Positions 33,676 through 34,637 of a stretch of 34,637 bases of DNA are shown piece after piece. Made by a program: the position numbers and the translations under genes. How positions within the stretch are numbered: the stretch's first letter is position 1; every line of letters begins with the position of its first letter. The notes beneath the pieces are model-generated. The model ran no database searches and had not been told where the DNA came from. It worked only from the letters and a program-made list of their open reading frames with translations. Source of the stretch: a virus; IMG/VR virus record IMGVR_UViG_3300045988_104090. One strand, 5' to 3'.

Positions 33676-34008
33676 ATGGCTTTCTTTAATTCTATGAACC
33701 GCTTAAAGTTTTCTATTTTATTTATAACTTATTTAGTTATTCAATATGTTCTTGGTTATATAGTTGTTCCGGCATTAGTCGATTACTACCACGACACAAC
33801 AATCAATATGATTACTATATTTATTGGCTTTTCCCTTTATATATTAATTGTTTTTTGTGCATATAAGAGGTTAATAGATTGTAGAAAATCTAAATGGAAT
33901 TTGATTTTTATATTAATTCCTAAGGTTCAATTTTTATGGTTTATTTATTTATGTTTTCCTAAATCTATTGTTAAGGTGGAGACATTATGCAATACAACAT
34001 CAGTGTGA
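33676..34008 (+). CDS. DUF805-like three-TM membrane protein (superinfection-exclusion candidate by position)
   Basis: AYKRLIDCRKSKWNLIFILIPKVQFLWFIYLCFP resembles the DUF805 RLHD-x-x-x-SGW...IP motif. The ORF-track start at 33670 is TTG, and ATG at 33676 is preferred. Confidence 0.5.
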   Translation: MAFFNSMNRLKFSILFITYLVIQYVLGYIVVPALVDYYHDTTINMITIFIGFSLYILIVFCAYKRLIDCRKSKWNLIFILIPKVQFLWFIYLCFPKSIVKVETLCNTTSV

Positions 34009-34637
34009 GAAAAAAAGATAGCGGATATCAAATCATTGTGTCCTATAAAGATGGCTACAAGTGGCGTCAAAAATCAAAACAAGGCTTCAAAACTAAACGT
34101 GAAGCCAAGGAATACGGCCACGTTATCGTTAAGGAATTAGACAAAACCGCACTACTCACCAAAGATACGGAATTAAAAGACTTAACATTCAAGGAATTTG
34201 CGGATATGTTTCTTGAAATAAAAAAAGGCCACGTTACACACAATACATTAAATATGTATCGTCATGCCGTGGATGCCTATAAATCAATTCACAATATGAA
34301 GTTATCCGATGTTAAACCAATACACATACAAAATGTGGTAAATAATATGGTTTCTTCACCCGCTACCATTACATCGTATTATAAAGTGGTTAGTCGTATA
34401 TTTTATATAGCTATCAACCCATATAGAATAATTTCAGATAACCCATGTACTGGTGTTAGACTGCCGCGCGTGGAACGCAAAAATGCGATCCATACTATTT
34501 CTGATGAGGATTTAAATAAATTTGTAAAATATATGAGGGAAAAATACCCTCAAGTCTATTATTTTTTACAAATTGCTAGATATACCGGTATGCGATTAAG
34601 TGAAGTATATGGCCTAACATGGAATGATATAGACCTA
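33987..34637 (+). CDS. int: tyrosine integrase, N-terminal part (arm-binding AP2-like and core-binding domains); runs off the window and continues at nt 1
   Basis: The ATG at 33987 follows GGTGGAG. SGYQIIVSYKDGYKWRQKSKQGFKTKREAKEY is an integrase AP2-type N-domain. The frame is open to 34637 and in phase with 1..519. Confidence 0.9.
   Translation, partial: MQYNISVRKKDSGYQIIVSYKDGYKWRQKSKQGFKTKREAKEYGHVIVKELDKTALLTKDTELKDLTFKEFADMFLEIKKGHVTHNTLNMYRHAVDAYKSIHNMKLSDVKPIHIQNVVNNMVSSPATITSYYKVVSRIFYIAINPYRIISDNPCTGVRLPRVERKNAIHTISDEDLNKFVKYMREKYPQVYYFLQIARYTGMRLSEVYGLTWNDIDL
34539..34637. repeat. right copy of the 99-nt terminal overlap (identical to 1..99)
   Basis: Exact identity with nt 1-99. 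Confidence 0.95.

Noticed and set aside
1-34637. CRISPR arrays, tRNA/tmRNA genes, reverse transcriptase / DGR or retron elements, and IS/transposase genes
   Set aside because: No spacer-repeat array was seen. None of the intergenic gaps (520-787, 17680-17851, 21944-22082, 22777-23178, 26306-26466, 27819-31971) shows a cloverleaf-like GC-rich segment. No RT or transposase motif appears in any ORF. A tRNAscan or Infernal run would be needed to exclude small RNAs formally.

Overview
This window is a complete, circularly closed temperate phage or excised prophage genome of about 34,538 bp. Nt 1-99 are repeated exactly at 34539-34637, and a tyrosine integrase gene reads across that junction. There is no tape-measure or tail-tube gene set, and the gene order is P22-like, so a podovirus-type phage of a low-GC Firmicute is likely. 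Four blocks are visible. (1) A plus-strand lysogeny cassette: CI-like repressor, ImmA-type protease, DUF805 membrane protein and integrase, followed by an attP-like repeat region. (2) A long minus-strand late operon (21943 down to 788). It encodes a DUF1540 protein, TerS, TerL, portal, scaffold, major capsid, adaptors, a 472-aa hub, a GDTMTG tail fibre and two small proteins. These are followed by large putative ejection proteins (one with a Hint domain, one Q/N-rich, and a 1370-aa lysozyme plus HExxH polyvalent protein followed in frame by a 382-aa ORF). The operon ends with holin, GH25 endolysin, a membrane-anchored protein and a 53-aa terminal moron. (3) A plus-strand three-gene moron (22083-22763) with its own near-consensus promoter and terminator. 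(4) A minus-strand early operon (32634 down to 23179): Cro-like, Xis-like HTH, Gp157, ERF, HNH, replisome organizer with internal iterons, G39P-like loader, SSB, PD-(D/E)XK, RusA, dUTPase and a late regulator. The most notable observations are: in-frame TAG codons joining ORFs at three places; a Hint-domain ejection protein with an L27/Prp-type N-terminal leader; the autonomous HTH-containing moron; an OOP-like antisense sRNA candidate; a triple hairpin-repeat array between portal and scaffold; and an 11-bp-phased iteron origin. All family assignments come from motifs recognised by eye, and no database search was run.
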